DNA of 64,000 nt from the NCBI GenBank assembly GCA_964016885.1, contig CAXHJY010000304.1, positions 124,001 to 188,000 on the forward strand, in the 5' to 3' direction. Origin of the DNA: Eledone cirrhosa (lineage: Eukaryota). Below, in pieces: positions 26,041-39,839 of this stretch; within the stretch, counting starts at the first letter, position 1; each line of letters begins with the position of its first letter. The notes beneath the pieces were generated by a model, which made no database searches, was not told the origin of the DNA, and saw only the letters and a list, made by a program, of their open reading frames with translations. Made by a program: the position numbers and the translations under genes.

Positions 26041-26541
26041 ATGGGAGTGATTGCCCCTCCACACATGTCACCATCACCACTATCCCTCCAACCAAGCACA
26101 CACCTAGTGGACAGTGGTGGGTGCGGTGAGGTGGGGTGGGGTGGAGTGCATGCAATTACCCCCTCCTTCCACCACCACTACCTCCGTTGTTTAACACTAA
26201 ACATGAGACAGACCCTTTGTTGGATCCAAATAATACCAGGTGAAGCCACTTGTTGAAGTCCAGACCCTTCGTTAGTTGTTCCTTTATTAGCGATCCATTA
26301 GTAGGATAAATTAGAATTGTAATATTGACTATTGATTATTTTTTTGTAGGACATTGTTTCTGCCCCTTCCCTTTTGTGGTCCTCTGTGCAGGTCACTCAC
26401 CTACAAATGAATTCAATCTTTAATATATAAGAGTTAATGTGTGTAATGATGCTTTATAATGTGTAATGTATACCTTGTAAGAGTATTAGCTCTATACTAT
26501 ATTAAACAGTATATAATATAATATGATATTATATTTTATAT

Positions 26542-26575
<34 letters not shown>

Positions 26576-26926
26576 GCATATATATTTATTTATAAATTTA
26601 TAAATTAGGTTCTGATCTAGTGAACTTAGTAGTCCACAAAGAAGGAAGAACTCAATATTTATAATAATAGAGTAAATATATAGGTTTTCTTACTACATAG
26701 CTACGTTTCAACAAATTTAGTGTTTTCTGTTTAGTGAACACTAGCTTTGCTGAAACAGTGTAGCTATGTTGTAAGAAAATGAATCAATCAACTAATATAT
26801 ATATATGAATTTTCATAAAATTGTAGGAATCTCAAATGCGAGAGTAGCTGTAAACAACTGATTGGTATGTGCATAGCAACATTTTATGAAAATTCATATA
26901 CACTCATCACTTCAATCCTTTTCAAT

Positions 26927-27005
<79 letters not shown>

Positions 27006-27254
27006 GTGTTAAAGACATGACTAGGTGTTTCAGCTATTCACTATTATATCAGGGGTTATTTTGTCACATGTTTCTTATGAGTTCTTTGCAGCTCATCTGG
27101 AAGACCAAAGTTCATAAACCCAATATCAACGTTTCTTCTAGACTTTTCACAGTCTCATCATCAGGAAGTAGTGTTGTTGGGTTCTGTACTGCCTATTTTA
27201 GTAAATGTAAAAAGAAATAAACTTAAACTAAAAATAAAACTGAAACAGTCATCT

Positions 27255-27320
<66 letters not shown>

Positions 27321-27840
27321 TATATATATATATATACATATACATCTACATATATATATACGTATATATACACACACACATATATATATACATACATACA
27401 CACATACATATATATACAATACACACACAAACACACACACATATATGTGTGTGTGTGTGTATTAATATGTATTGTAACATGAGAGTGTCAATATGGACCA
27501 ATAATAATAATAGTAATAATAATAATAATTCACAGCTGTAACTGTATAAAGATAATTTGTAGTTCTAATATTATTGCTGTTTATCTTTTGTAATCAATTA
27601 ATGTGTACACATACAGATTATTAAAATACCCATCAAATTTGATACAATGACCATTGTGTTTCGTTGTGTTCTTTCTTTCTTCCTTATATTCTGTTCTTTG
27701 TTGTCATCATTGTTACCAAGATCACCACCAGCAACAACACCACAAACAATTACAACAATTTTAGTCACAACAAAGTGGCACCAATGTTTGTTATAGCAAT
27801 TTTAATCACACCAATGCTATACCAATGTCAGTTACAACAA

Positions 27841-28700
27841 TTTTAGTCACACCAGTGCCTGTTACATCACTGTTATAGGTACAATAATTTTAGTTACACC
27901 AGTGCCTGTTACATCACTGTTATAGGTACAATAATTTTAGTTACACCAGTGTCTGTTACATCACTGTTATAGGTACAATAATTTTAGTTACACCAGTGTC
28001 TGTTACATCACTGTTATAGGTACAATAATTTTAGTTACACCAGTGCCTGTTACATCACTGTTATAGGTACAATAATTTTAGTTACACCAGTGTCTGTTAC
28101 ATCACTGTTATAGGTACAATAATTTTAGTTACACCAGTGTCTGTTACATCACTGTTATAGGTACAATAATTTTAGTCACACCAGTGCCTGTTACATCACT
28201 GTTATAGGTACAATAATTTTAGTTACACCAGTGTCTGTTACATCACTGTTATAGGTACAATAATTTTAGTTACAACAGTGCCTGTTACATCACTGTTATA
28301 GGTACAATAATTTTAGTTACACCAGTGCCTGTTACATCACTGTTATAGGTACAATAATTTTAGTTACAACAGTGCCTGTTACATCACTGTTATAGGTACA
28401 ATAATTTAAGTTACACCAGTGCCTGTTACATCAATGTCAGTTACAACAATTTTAGTTACACCAGTGCCTGTTACATCACTGTTATAGGTACAATAATTTA
28501 AGTTACACCAGTGCCTGTTACATCAATGTCAGTTACAACAATTTTAGTTATACCCGTGCCTGTTACATTAATGTCAGTTACAACAATTTTAGTCACATCA
28601 GTGCCTGTTACATCAATATTAGTTACAATATTTTTATTCACACCAGTGCCTGTTACATCAATATTATTTACAATAATTTTAGTCACAGTAATGTTGATTA
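27841..28700. repeat. 47-bp minisatellite (about 14 copies) grading into 45-bp variants
   Basis: Unit CACCAGTGCCTGTTACATCACTGTTATAGGTACAATAATTTTAGTTA with period 47 (27850, 27897, ...). Degenerate related repeats extend to about 29210. Confidence 0.95.
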
Positions 28701-29681
28701 CAGTATTTGTAGTCACACTAATGTTACATCAATGTTACACCAAATTATGCCGATGTTAGTTGTCCCAATTTTAGTCCCATCAATGTCAGTCACAACAGCA
28801 TTACACCAATATTTGTTACAACAATGTTAGTCACAATAACATAACACCCATATTAGTTACAACAATGCTAGTCACAACAATGTCACTCCAATGTTTGTTA
28901 CACCAATGTTAGTCACAACACTGTTCCACAAATGTTAGCTGCATCAATGTTATATCAGTGATACATCAATGTTACACCAATGTTAGTCACATCAGTGTTA
29001 CACCAATGTTAGTCACATTAGTGTTACACCAACATTAGTTAATGTTAATTACACCAATGTCACACAAATGTTAGTTACAGCAATGTCACATCAGTGTTAA
29101 TTACACCAATGTCACATGACTGTTAGTTACAATGTTACACAAATGTTATGCCAATGTTACACTGATGTCACACCAATGTTAGACCTATGTTAACCACACC
29201 AATGTAACACCATCATTGATACAGAAAACCTATGATCAAAGCAATCCTATTATCATCTTGCCATCTTTTTCCTCTGTGCAGAAAACATAAGACCATATTC
29301 TCTATACACAACCATCTGGTATTTGGGGAAGGAGCAGTTCTTTACAGATTCATCCTTTTTTGTTTTAAATAGTATGTGGTGTGATTTCAATGAGATTTGA
29401 CTACTACATCTAACAGTATGGGTAATCATATAGAGGCTCTCTCGTTTGCTCATTTTTGTTGATCAAAGGTATTCCAGCTGCGACTATCATAATTGTTTTT
29501 TTCACACTCATCCTTCATTTTTAAGACAGAAGGGTATGATTTTTCTAGCAGCTCAAGCAAACATGTAGAGGCTTCCTGATTGGTGTATTATCAAGATTGA
29601 TGTGAGAATTAATCTTTCACCCAGATTAACCCACTTGTGACTGTATTTCTGATGAAATACCTTCTATTTCAATTAATTAAT

Positions 29682-29863
29682 TGTTTCTTCTTTTGGCACA
29701 AGGCCAGCAATTATCCAGTGCATTACTGGTACTTTATTTTATCGACCCCGTAAGGATGAAAGGCAAAGTCAACCTCGGCGGGATTTGAACTCAGACCGTA
29801 AAGGGACGTAACTATGCTGGAAAGCATGGCGTCCGACCCTCTACCGATACTGCCAATCCACCG
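29682..29863 (-). mobile_element. Family A SINE with about 19-bp TSD
   Basis: TCTATTTCAATTAATTAAT at 29663-29681 and 29864-29882. Confidence 0.88.
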
Positions 29864-30739
29864 TCTATTTCAATTAATTAATGAAGAATTTTAAGGGATT
29901 TATTAAAATTATCTATTTTTTATTACTTAACTTACAGTTCTTATATACAATTATGATGGAAGATTATAATTCAACAAATTTGTGACTGTATTTCTAATGA
30001 AATATACTTTATTTCAATGAATTAACTAGAAAAATTTGAGGGTTTTACTAAAATTATTAATCATTTCATTATTTTGATAGTAACTGAGCATATGGTTTTA
30101 TATAAAATCATGTTGGAAGAATTTAAAATAAGTAAAAACTCTTTAAAATGAGTGGTTTTGTTTCATAGAACCAAAGATGGGGTTTTAGCTGGGTTGGTAT
30201 CCAAAGGGCTAACACTGCCGCCTTGCCCTTGGGTACCTTAGCAGGGTCCACTCTCTTGCAAACTTTCCAGTGGGTTGTGGAGATCTTTAATTTGAGGATA
30301 ACTTTCTCTCTTCTACCAGTCTCAAAGACCCTGAAAAGAGTCATGGACATTGAGTAACGAGTGGTGGTTGTGTTGGTGGTGGTGATAATGATGGTTATGA
30401 TGACAATGATAATGATTACAGTGATGGTGATGGTAGTTAGAAAATATATACATAAATTTAAAGGAAATGAAGAGGAAAGCAAGAGGATGTCATTGTATAT
30501 GAGGTGGTGCAGGGGAGAGAGCTTGCATATGTAGTTAAAAGAGGGGAATTTATTATAGACAGATAGAGATAGAGGGGGAGAGGATGACTGAGAAAGTAAA
30601 GTACAGGAAGGGCCAGTGCTACCATTAAAGATAGTTAGGCACTTGCCTTGGGCACAGAACTCAGAAAATTGTATTACTGAACCTTAAAGGGTCCCAATTT
30701 TATTGAAAATTGTATAATTGAATTAAATATATAACAAAT

Positions 30740-32830
30740 TTCATGTGATCAATAAATAAGTCATTAAACATCTTTGCCATGTAGAAGCATTGTGGAAATA
30801 ACCAAAGTAGTAGAGAGGATCATATGGTGTTATAGCCTGTAAAATGATTTGACATGTATGAGTGTGGACTGTGTAGTAAAAGAGGTAGGTGTAGAAATGT
30901 TCTTAGTGTGGATAGAGTAAGATGTGTTAAAAACTTAATTTGTTGCCATTCAAAATTGATGTAGAGAGTTGAGGATTGTTAAAGATTCTGGCTTTGCACT
31001 AATGGAATTAGTACAGGATGTGTTTGAGAGTCTAGAAGTCACTGAGGATAATACTTGAGAGAGGGATGAAGTAAGATAGATGTCCCTTGAGAAAGAGATG
31101 GCATTAGATAGATGTCCCCTGAGAGAGGTGAAGTAAGATAGATGTCTCCTAAGAGAGATGTGAAATGAGATAGATGTCCTCTGCAAGAAAGGTAAAGTGA
31201 AATAGATGTCCTCCAAGAGAGAAAGAGTTAGACAGATGTCCCTTGTGATAGATGCTCCCTAACAGAGAGGTGAAATGTGATAGTTATCCCACAAGAGAGG
31301 AGTGAAGTAGAGAGAAGGGAGATGTCCCTCAAAAAGGAGGTGAAGTTAGGTATATGTCACCTGAGAGAGGGGTGAAGTCAGATTTCCCTTGAGAGAGAGA
31401 TGGAGTTAGGAAGTAAAAGAGATGTACCACAAGACAGGTGAAATAAGATAGATATCCACAGGGAGCTACTGCCACTGCTAGCTGCAAAAGGTTTCTCCCT
31501 CAGAATGAAAGGCAGACTGTATGATGCGTGTATCGGAACAGCGATGTTGCATGGTAGTGAGACCTGGGCGCTGAAGGTGGAAGACTTTCGTAGATTAGAA
31601 AGAAACGAAGCCTGCATGCTCCGATGGATGTGTAATAGTAATATACGCGAACGACAAAGCATAAATGAATTGAGAGAGAGGCTGAGCATAAGAGGAATCA
31701 AATGCTGTGTGCAGGAGAGGCGGTTGCGTTGGTATGGACATGTGATGCGTATGAAGGATGACAGCTGCATAAAAAGGTGCAGAGCACTAGAAGTTGATGG
31801 AAACCACAGAGTGGGGAGACCCAATAAGACCTGGGATGAGGTGATAAAAGCCGACCTTACCCAATTACACCTCTCAAAGGCGATGACACACGACCGTGAC
31901 CTCTGGCGTCACGCAGTAATACAGAGTACCTGACCTACCATGGGTACAAGCTGAAGCATATAGACAATATGCCCCCACACCCTCCCACTGCAAGGTGGTC
32001 GTGGAGGTGCCACGGCAAAAAAGCACCCAGCCCACACTGTAAAGTGGACGTGTAGGTACCACAGAAAAAACACCCAGCACTCACTGTAAATGAGGTTGGT
32101 GTTAGGAAGGGCATCCAGCTGTAGAAATCAAGCCGAAATCAGTTCCTGTATGAGCAAAGCATGGTCAGCCGACCAGACACTGCCCACAACAGGACAACCC
32201 GTCTAACCCATGCTAGCATGGAAGAACGAACATAAAACGGTGATGATGATGATGATGATGATGATAGAGGTGCAAATGTCTCCCAAGACAGGTGAAGTGT
32301 GATAGAGGTCCCTCAAGAGAGAAGTGAAATGAAATAGATGTCCTTGATAGTCTGGTGAAGTTAGATTTATGTTCATGACAGAGTGGGATGAAGTGAGATA
32401 GATGTCCTTGGTGCAGGAAGGAATATTGTCAAAGAGTTAGTTGTGATTTGAGGAGTTCAGAGAGTAGTATTGAAAGCAGGTGTATTTTACAGTAGTGAGA
32501 AAGAGGGAGATTTACATCCTGAGTAACTCAAACTCGTTGTTGCTGATATCCAGATAAGAGAGATGGATAGCAAAAAGAGTGGACTCTTACATATGTGCTG
32601 CACAGACACCATATTTCAGAGTAAAGTTTGATTATTATAGAGTATAGCCCGAGCAACAGAGATTATTTATAGACAAGGAGTGAGAGATTTGTGTCTCAGG
32701 GAGGAATAGAATGTGTGATGTGTATGATAGTAAGAGATGGTGTGTAAGGTTCAAGTTGGATTGGCGTTCATGCATATTAGAGAAGAGAAAAAAGAATTGT
32801 CCAGTGGATTTAGTATTATTTTTCAGCATC
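30740..32830 (-). mobile_element. Old LINE relic with APE endonuclease start, interrupted by a degenerate ~32-bp tandem repeat and an RTE
   Basis: FSNMHERQSNLNLTHHLLLSYTSHILFLPETQI resembles the APE N-terminal N...ETQ motifs. GAGAGAGGTGAAGTAAGATAGATGTCCC repeats at 31060-31460 and 32270-32410. Confidence 0.5.
31463..32265 (+). mobile_element. RTE LINE 3' fragment (ORF C-terminus + 3' UTR + (GAT)n)
   Basis: MLHGSETWAL, RRLRWYGHVMRM and RVGRPNKTWDEVIKAD. A related minus-strand relic lies at 44150-44760. Confidence 0.9.
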
Positions 32831-33879
32831 TAGAGAAGTGAAGAGGGTGTTGGTAAAGTCATGATAACTGCCATGTTGGGAGCCAGGTCCAAATGCTTAC
32901 AAAATAGCAAACTCCACTAAATACACACCCAGACCAGAAAGTGGCATTAAAGCAAGAGGCATGATATCTTTACTCACCTCAAAAAATAAATAAGAGGTGG
33001 GACCCTCAATGGCATATGCAACAGGACTACATAAGATTATCATAATTACATCAACAAAAAGTATAATTTCTAATATGTATATAAATTAAAAAAAGAAAAC
33101 AATCTAAAAACAAGACAGGTAAAGGGCCAATCCCCTCCAATCTGCATTGACTATATTATTCAAAATTTTGATCAACTATACAGCATCCTGTCAGATAGAT
33201 TGTATCTGAAATTTTCAAAGGTCCAGCTTTGTTTTACATTGTGTCATATTGACTCTGCCTGGGAATTATATCAATGGTACAGATGTATGGAATACTCAGC
33301 CATTTACACTATAATTGTTTCTACTTTTGGCACAAAGCCAGCAATTACCCCAGTGCATTACTGGTATTTTATTTTATCGACCCAGTAAGGATGAAAGGCA
33401 AAGTTAACCATGGCGGGATTTGAATTCAGACGGTAAAGAGCCATAATTCTCTGCTGCAAAGCATGGCATCCGACCCTCTACCAATAGTGCCAATCCACCA
33501 CAAGATAGACTGTTCTCAAAATTCAAAGTTCTAGCCTTGTAATACACTGTATCAAACTGATTCTCCTTGAGATTTACATTAAGGTTACACGTTTGTGGAA
33601 TACTCAACCACTTATACGATAATTCAATGGATATTTGATTGAACAAGTGAATACTCTTTGTCAATACTGATGGAGGTCCATCTACTTTATATGTGGATAA
33701 CATACGTGGGCACAACTGGCGAACAGTAATCCCACTAAACTGACATTTATGTATCATAAGTATGGAATAATATGTGAGACATAATCAGGATAGTAAATAG
33801 TTTTATTGTGGAAATACTAATAAAAAAGAAAGAATACTCCCATTCTTTCAATACTTTCATTATTAATTTTCTGTTGTTT

Positions 33880-36535
33880 TAATGTTCACGGCCAGGGGTT
33901 GTCCTGAAAGCAAGGCTGCTTGCTGAACGACCTTAGGTCACTAGATATGGATGTGATTGCTGTCAGCAAGACCAGGATTTCCGACATGCACACACTAGTC
34001 CCCATTTTCGATGACTATCAGATCTTTGTATTTCTTAGTTGGTTGGGAATGGGATGTGGGGTGGCAGTGCTGTTTAGGAAAGGCCTTGATCCTGAGGTAC
34101 GAATGGCCTTCTTGGACCCAGATGGTAAGTTGGTGGTCCTAGACGTGAGCAATAACAAAAGTGGTGCCTTTAGACTAGTGGACATCTATGCTCCAACTGA
34201 GGCCAGATTTCTTTAGGCCCCTGGAAGCCTTTCTAGGAATGTCTCACCCTTAACTGTTAGTAGGAGACTGCAACAGCATCTTAGACATACACTAGGATTG
34301 TGTGGGAGTAGCTGATAGAAGTGGGGAGTGCAAAAGCCTCAAGTACCTGATCCGCCAGTTCCAACTGTCTGACAGTTACTGACTAGATTTCCTGAATGCA
34401 CTAGTGTGGGCATGGACAAACTACATTGGGTCATCTAGATCATATACAGATAGGTTTTTTGTTAGGTCAGCAGATAGGGATAACATAGGTTGTCCACAGT
34501 TCTGAATGGTAACAAATTTGTGATCTGCATGGTTAACCTAGATAGAACATGTAGGCAAGGACCTGGTTACTGGAAGCTTAACAATCATTTCCGGTGCTTA
34601 AAGCTTACAGCGACTGGTCACTAATTTAGTTAAGCGTAAGTTGACAAGGATGTCGTCAACAACATGTGGTGTGGTTCTCTCAAGAGAGATTAGAGTAGTG
34701 TCCATAGTCTTTAGCAAAGAAATAGTGATAGAAAAAATAAAAAGGAGGGGGGGGGGGGGCTGGTAGCTAAATTAGAAAAGGCGATTAGTAGTGGCATTGC
34801 AACTGATGTACTAGCAGCAAGAATTGCATTAGACCAATTCTTCAATGTGAAACACGAAGGTTGCATTGTCAGAGCTAAAGCACATGCTCTAAGAAACAAG
34901 GGAATGAAAGCTGTTTGATGGGCTTGAGTGGCAGAGGTGCAGCATGGCAACAAAACCATGATTCGATCTTTGACGGACCAAGACGAAATGCCCTGGTCAG
35001 CAGCACAAGGTGCAAGTCACCTAGTTTTACGTAAATATGCCAGACTTGTTCTCCAATCTCCATGAAGCCATCTACTGCAACTGGCAGCAGAACGGGAGTA
35101 TTCCCAATTCTGTGAGCCAGGGCATAGTAATGCTGATGTAGAAAGACAAAAACAAGAAGGACGTGCTAGATAATTTCAGGCCCATAACTCTGCTAAAAAC
35201 AGAGTTTAAGATTTTGGCCAAGGTGTTAGCAGTTCTGGAAGGGGAGGCACAAACTTTCACATGGCCAGGTCCATACATGACAACCTCCACCTCATGCAAT
35301 ACATCATATAGTGGATAGGGAGTAAACTTGGCTTCGGTGGGGCTATGATCAATTTAGATCAATAGAAAGCTTTTGATAGGGTTGACCATCGATACCTTGA
35401 GGATATCCTCTTGGCAGCTGGCTTTGATCACATCTTTAGAGGCTGGATCACTGAAATGCACAACAGCATCTGCTCGATGGTCAATGTAAATGGCCACCTT
35501 CAGAACCATTTCTAAACACGGCACCTGGAGAAGCAAATCCATGCTGTTCAACAATGTCATCAGATGCTGGACGGATGGACCATGGAAGTTGCTTGGAACC
35601 TGGTTCAGACCAGACCTCCAAGTGGATAAGAAGTGGAATGAGGTAAAGAGCAGGGTGGCCATTCTTACCCAAGAATAGACTGAGAAGAAGCTATCCCTGA
35701 AAGGTCCAGCAGAGGTGACAAACACGTAATTCGCATCCATCATCTATTACTGCCTGACCATCATGCCTTGCCCCTACTAACACATCACCAAATTGGAACA
35801 CCTGTTCTTTAACTTCTTGTAGAAGGTACAGGTTCCATTGGTGAGGTGGTCCATCTTCAGATATTCCTAAACGGTGAACAGGTGTAGTTGCCGTTTGTGA
35901 GACGAGTTTTTCTGCAGCTTATCTCTCTGACTGAGCTACAGTCCTGAAAAGGCAAGAGACCGAGACTGGATGCCTGGCATCTGAAATGTTGCCAGGCGTT
36001 CACTGCCCTCTACCAATCAAGCAATGCGGTCAGCAAAAATTCCACTTTAGAGTTCTATAGAGGATTAATAGTGAGGCGCTGGGCATTGACAAAATTGAAC
36101 TGACCCGTCTGTTCTGGAGGACTTTCACGTTGGAGACTATGGATAACTTCCAGAAATTCCTCACTTGGCAATGCTACCAGGGGTTACTGCCAGATTGAGA
36201 TAAACTCTACAAGCACAGTCAGACGGACCTGTCTGAGATGTGCACAGAGTGATGAAACCATTATGCATGCACATGTCCATGCATTACTGACTTGTGGAGT
36301 AATGTCGAACGTCTGTTATCACATGTAGGATAGGTCTGACTATCAAACCAGTCCCTCGTGCGGATCGCTCCACCACCTTCTTTTGGTTGGGAAGGATAAG
36401 CAATTTTCCTCTGCTTGGTGTCTGTAGTGAAAGAGATTGTGTGGTGGACGAGGCTGAAAGGACTGAAGACACGTTCCCCTTCAACCAATCCCTCATTAAC
36501 TTTTTCAAGTTTCACTTGGAAAAGAAGGTGAAGGT
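33880..36535 (+). mobile_element. Decayed, longer copy of the L1/Tx1 family (APE + RT fragments)
   Basis: LDMDVIAVSKTRI, DIYAP, GPGYWKLN and NFRPITLL. 35265-36530 is homologous to 8305-9985, with internal deletions. Confidence 0.88.
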
Positions 36536-36772
36536 GGTATGGCTATGTAACCAAATAGGACGGACTCTCCAAGACAATTCTCCAGGAAACAGTGCAGGGA
36601 AGGAGAACTCGAAGCAGACAGAGGAAGCAGTGGACAGACAACATAGCTGAGTGGACTGGATAGAACTTAGCCACAAATCAAGCATTCGCCCATGACCACC
36701 AGTTGGTGCAGCGTTCAACACTGCAGTGTCCTAACGATCACGAAAGGGTTAAGTGACCATGATGATGATGAT
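36536..36772 (+). mobile_element. RTE 3' end fragment with (GAT)n tail
   Basis: WLCNQI..ILQET..GRRTRSRQRKQWTDNIAEWTG, then a (GAT)n tail. Confidence 0.7.
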
Positions 36773-37094
36773 AAATATGTGTGTGAGAGAGAGGCAGAGA
36801 TTATCTTTATTTAATACATGTATGACTTAGACACAAGCTAACCATTAGTATAGTTACCAGATCACAGAAAAAATGTTTAATATAGAGGAACATCAAGACA
36901 GTATACAAAATAAAAAACCGTCCATCTAATATTTTGATTATGTCTCATATACCATACCGTACTTATAATTCCTGAACATCAGTTTAAGGGAAATGTGTTT
37001 ACCAATTGTGCCCATATGTTGAGCGGTGAGGTAATTCAAGGGAAGTAAGTAAGTTTCACCTTCACAAATCACTCCGGTCGTTAGTCGGTGTGCA

Positions 37095-37111
37095 ATGGCG
37101 CTTTTATTGCG
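37095..37111 (+). CDS. MRPL55: Mitochondrial ribosomal protein L55, coding exon 1
   Basis: ATG GCG CTT TTA TTG CG|GTAAGT; phase 2 fits the exon 2 frame. Confidence 0.7.
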
Positions 37112-38706
37112 GTAAGTTCGTAATGTTTTGTCAGTATAAGGATTAATTCTAAGTTCACTTATATATTTTGTTGATTGGAGTCCAATAGAAATCTAAGTTA
37201 CTATTAGTACCGGATTTACATATGGGCTCAGCGGACTGCTTCCCAGGACTTCATAGTCAAGAGTGCCGCATATATAGCTATGAAACAACGATTTTTTGTA
37301 AAAAATATAGAATAAGATGTAATAAAAGAAATTGTTATTGAATACATTTTTTTTTCGCTGATATGGAGGTCGGCATAGATCGAGGCTGGAATCTCAGCAT
37401 CATTCTTTAAATTCTACATTCGTGTACTTTTTATTTCCATTTTTTTATAAACATCATTATTATACGTAACACCTATTGTTTTTATTTGTTTGATTTTTTA
37501 GTTTTTATTACAACCTTTATTTTTACACACAAAACCCACACTGTATCGTTCTGTGCTGTCTCTGTTGTTTGCTCAATGTCAGCCCTGTGTCCAATAAATA
37601 AACTATTATTGGTTTGGCAGTATCGGTAGCGCGTCAGACACCATGCTTTGCAGACAGGGCTATGGCCCTTTGCGTTCTGAGTTCAAATTCCGCTGAGGTT
37701 AACTTTACCTTTCATCCTTACATGGTCGATAAAATAAAGCACCAGTAATGTACTGCGGTCGACTTAATTAACTTTCTTCTCCCCCAAAGTTGCTGGCCGT
37801 GTGCCTATAGTAGAAACGATTATTATTATTATCAATGGTTTGGTCTGGAGTGAGGCCTCTGACACCAGCGGCGAAAGGGTACTAGTATAAACCTAAAACC
37901 GTATGTATGCTTAGCTACACAGTTATGCCTGTACCTACTATCCCACATAATTTCATGTTATAATCATTCATATGAATTACAATCATTTTCTTTAGTATTT
38001 CACTAATAAATCATTTGGTCTTTGCATTAATAGATAAATCAAGTACTATTCAGTTCCATTTTATTGCCAATTATTGTCTGGAGATTCTTGTTATACTTAA
38101 AAAATACTTACCTCTTTTGATAGCAACCCACCCAAAACTGGCTTTTGTTCTCTGAAATAAAACCACCCATTTCAAAAAGTTCCTATTTAAATTAAAATCC
38201 TCCAACATAATTTTAAATAAGACCCATATGTTGTGTTATAAATGCCATCTTAATCATGAAATAATTAGTTATTTTAGTAAATCCTTCAAAATTCATTAAT
38301 TAATTGAAATAAAAGCTACAGCCATCATATTTCCACTAAGGGTTTTAGGTGCCCATGCAGTCATAAATAGCCACAGGCTCCTTTTGACCCCACCCCTCTA
38401 TTGATTCAACAGAACATGACAGCTGGAAGGAAAGAGGGCTGCACCAGCACTGGACTGGTACTTCTTTTATCAACTCTGAAAGTATGAGAAGCAAAGTGAA
38501 TTTGAATGTGATTTAAACTCAGAAACCTATAACCAATATCCAAAGCTTTAACAACTCTGACAAATTGATGGCCTTAATTAATGTAGTATATTTTATTAGA
38601 AACATGGTCTCAAAAGGGTTAAATAAAAAATTACTCAGATATTTTCTTGTTTTATTCTATATTTAATGTTCATTTAGTGTTGTTGTTTTTTTCTCTTTCT
38701 CTGCAG

Positions 38707-38884
38707 CCCCAGTCTGATGGGCAACCTCTGTGGCAGAGCTGCTTGTGTACGGTGGAACTCCAACAGAACCTCAATCTGTAAAATTAATCGACCCATCTAT
38801 AAAAGATTGTACCCTGTTACACTTGTCCACCCTGATGGCTCCACTATTGTGATCCGCTACAGGGAACCACGGCAAATTATCACG
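38707..38884 (+). CDS. MRPL55: Mitochondrial ribosomal protein L55, coding exon 2
   Basis: Polypyrimidine tract plus CAG acceptor; NSNRTSICKINRPIYKRLYPVTLVHPDGSTIVIRYREPRQIIT is the L55 signature; GTAAGA donor. Confidence 0.93.
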
Positions 38885-39509
38885 GTAAGAAATGACCTTT
38901 GATTCTAGGCCATGCTCCCAGGTTTGGAATTTCTTCTCTATCAGTTCCAGTATGAGCAAGACAAGGTCAGCCAACCGGACACTGCCCACAACAGCACAAC
39001 CCATCTAACCCATGCTAGCGTGGAAGAATGGATGTAAAACGGTGATGATGAATTCTGCCATAGGTTCAGCTACAAGGGTTAAATCGTCTGCTTACAGAAA
39101 TTCTCGGGAGCAGTCATTCATAAACTCTTCTGGCCAATGAAACACAGTTTCTTGTCATTTATTACACTTTTACTGGTTTCAGTCATTAGACTTTAGCCAT
39201 GCTGGGGCACCACTTTAAAGTCAATCTTATCGACCTCAGGATTATCTTTTTTTAAGTTTGACACTTATTTTATTGATCTCTAGTTGTCAAACTCTTGAGT
39301 TACATGACATAAATACAGATGCAGACACAAACATTAACACAGAAACGGAGACCCCATACACATTGAAGCTGAAATAGAAGTCACTTAACCAACGGACTGT
39401 ACAATGGGACTGAACCCCCAAACCATGTGATTGTGAAGCAAACTTCCCAACCACACATTCTTTTTCTATTTTCAGGCCTGACTTAGCCAGTTTTCTTTCT
39501 TTCTTTCAG

Positions 39510-39653
39510 CTTCCCATAGATATTGAAATTATGTCAGCTGAGGAGAAGAAATTACATCTACGCAAGCGGAAACCTAAAAGGGTCATTCAAGTAGTGGAAG
39601 ATTTTGAAGATGATTTTGATATTGACCGATACAGCCACCTCTGGAAGAAGTGA
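39510..39653 (+). CDS. MRPL55: Mitochondrial ribosomal protein L55, coding exon 3
   Basis: TTTCTTTCAG acceptor; LPIDIEIMSAEEKKLHLRKRKPK...EDDFDIDRYSHLWKK*; ATTAAA at 39697. The spliced product is 112 aa. Confidence 0.93.
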   Translation, partial: LPIDIEIMSAEEKKLHLRKRKPKRVIQVVEDFEDDFDIDRYSHLWKK

Positions 39654-39839
39654 CCTCTTCCTCCTCACCCATTTTACACCATTTCACCACATTTCAATTA
39701 AAACTAAAAATAGACATTTCCAGGTTTTCTAATTTTCTTTCTTTATTTTGTTATATTTAGACATAACTGTGGAGTTAAGGAATTTGCTTTGCAACTAGTT
39801 GGTTCCGGGTTCAATTACTATAGTTAAGCAATGAAGAAA

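Noticed and set aside
27841-28500. Regular repeats superficially like a CRISPR array
   Set aside because: Contiguous units with no unique spacers, eukaryotic context and no cas genes.
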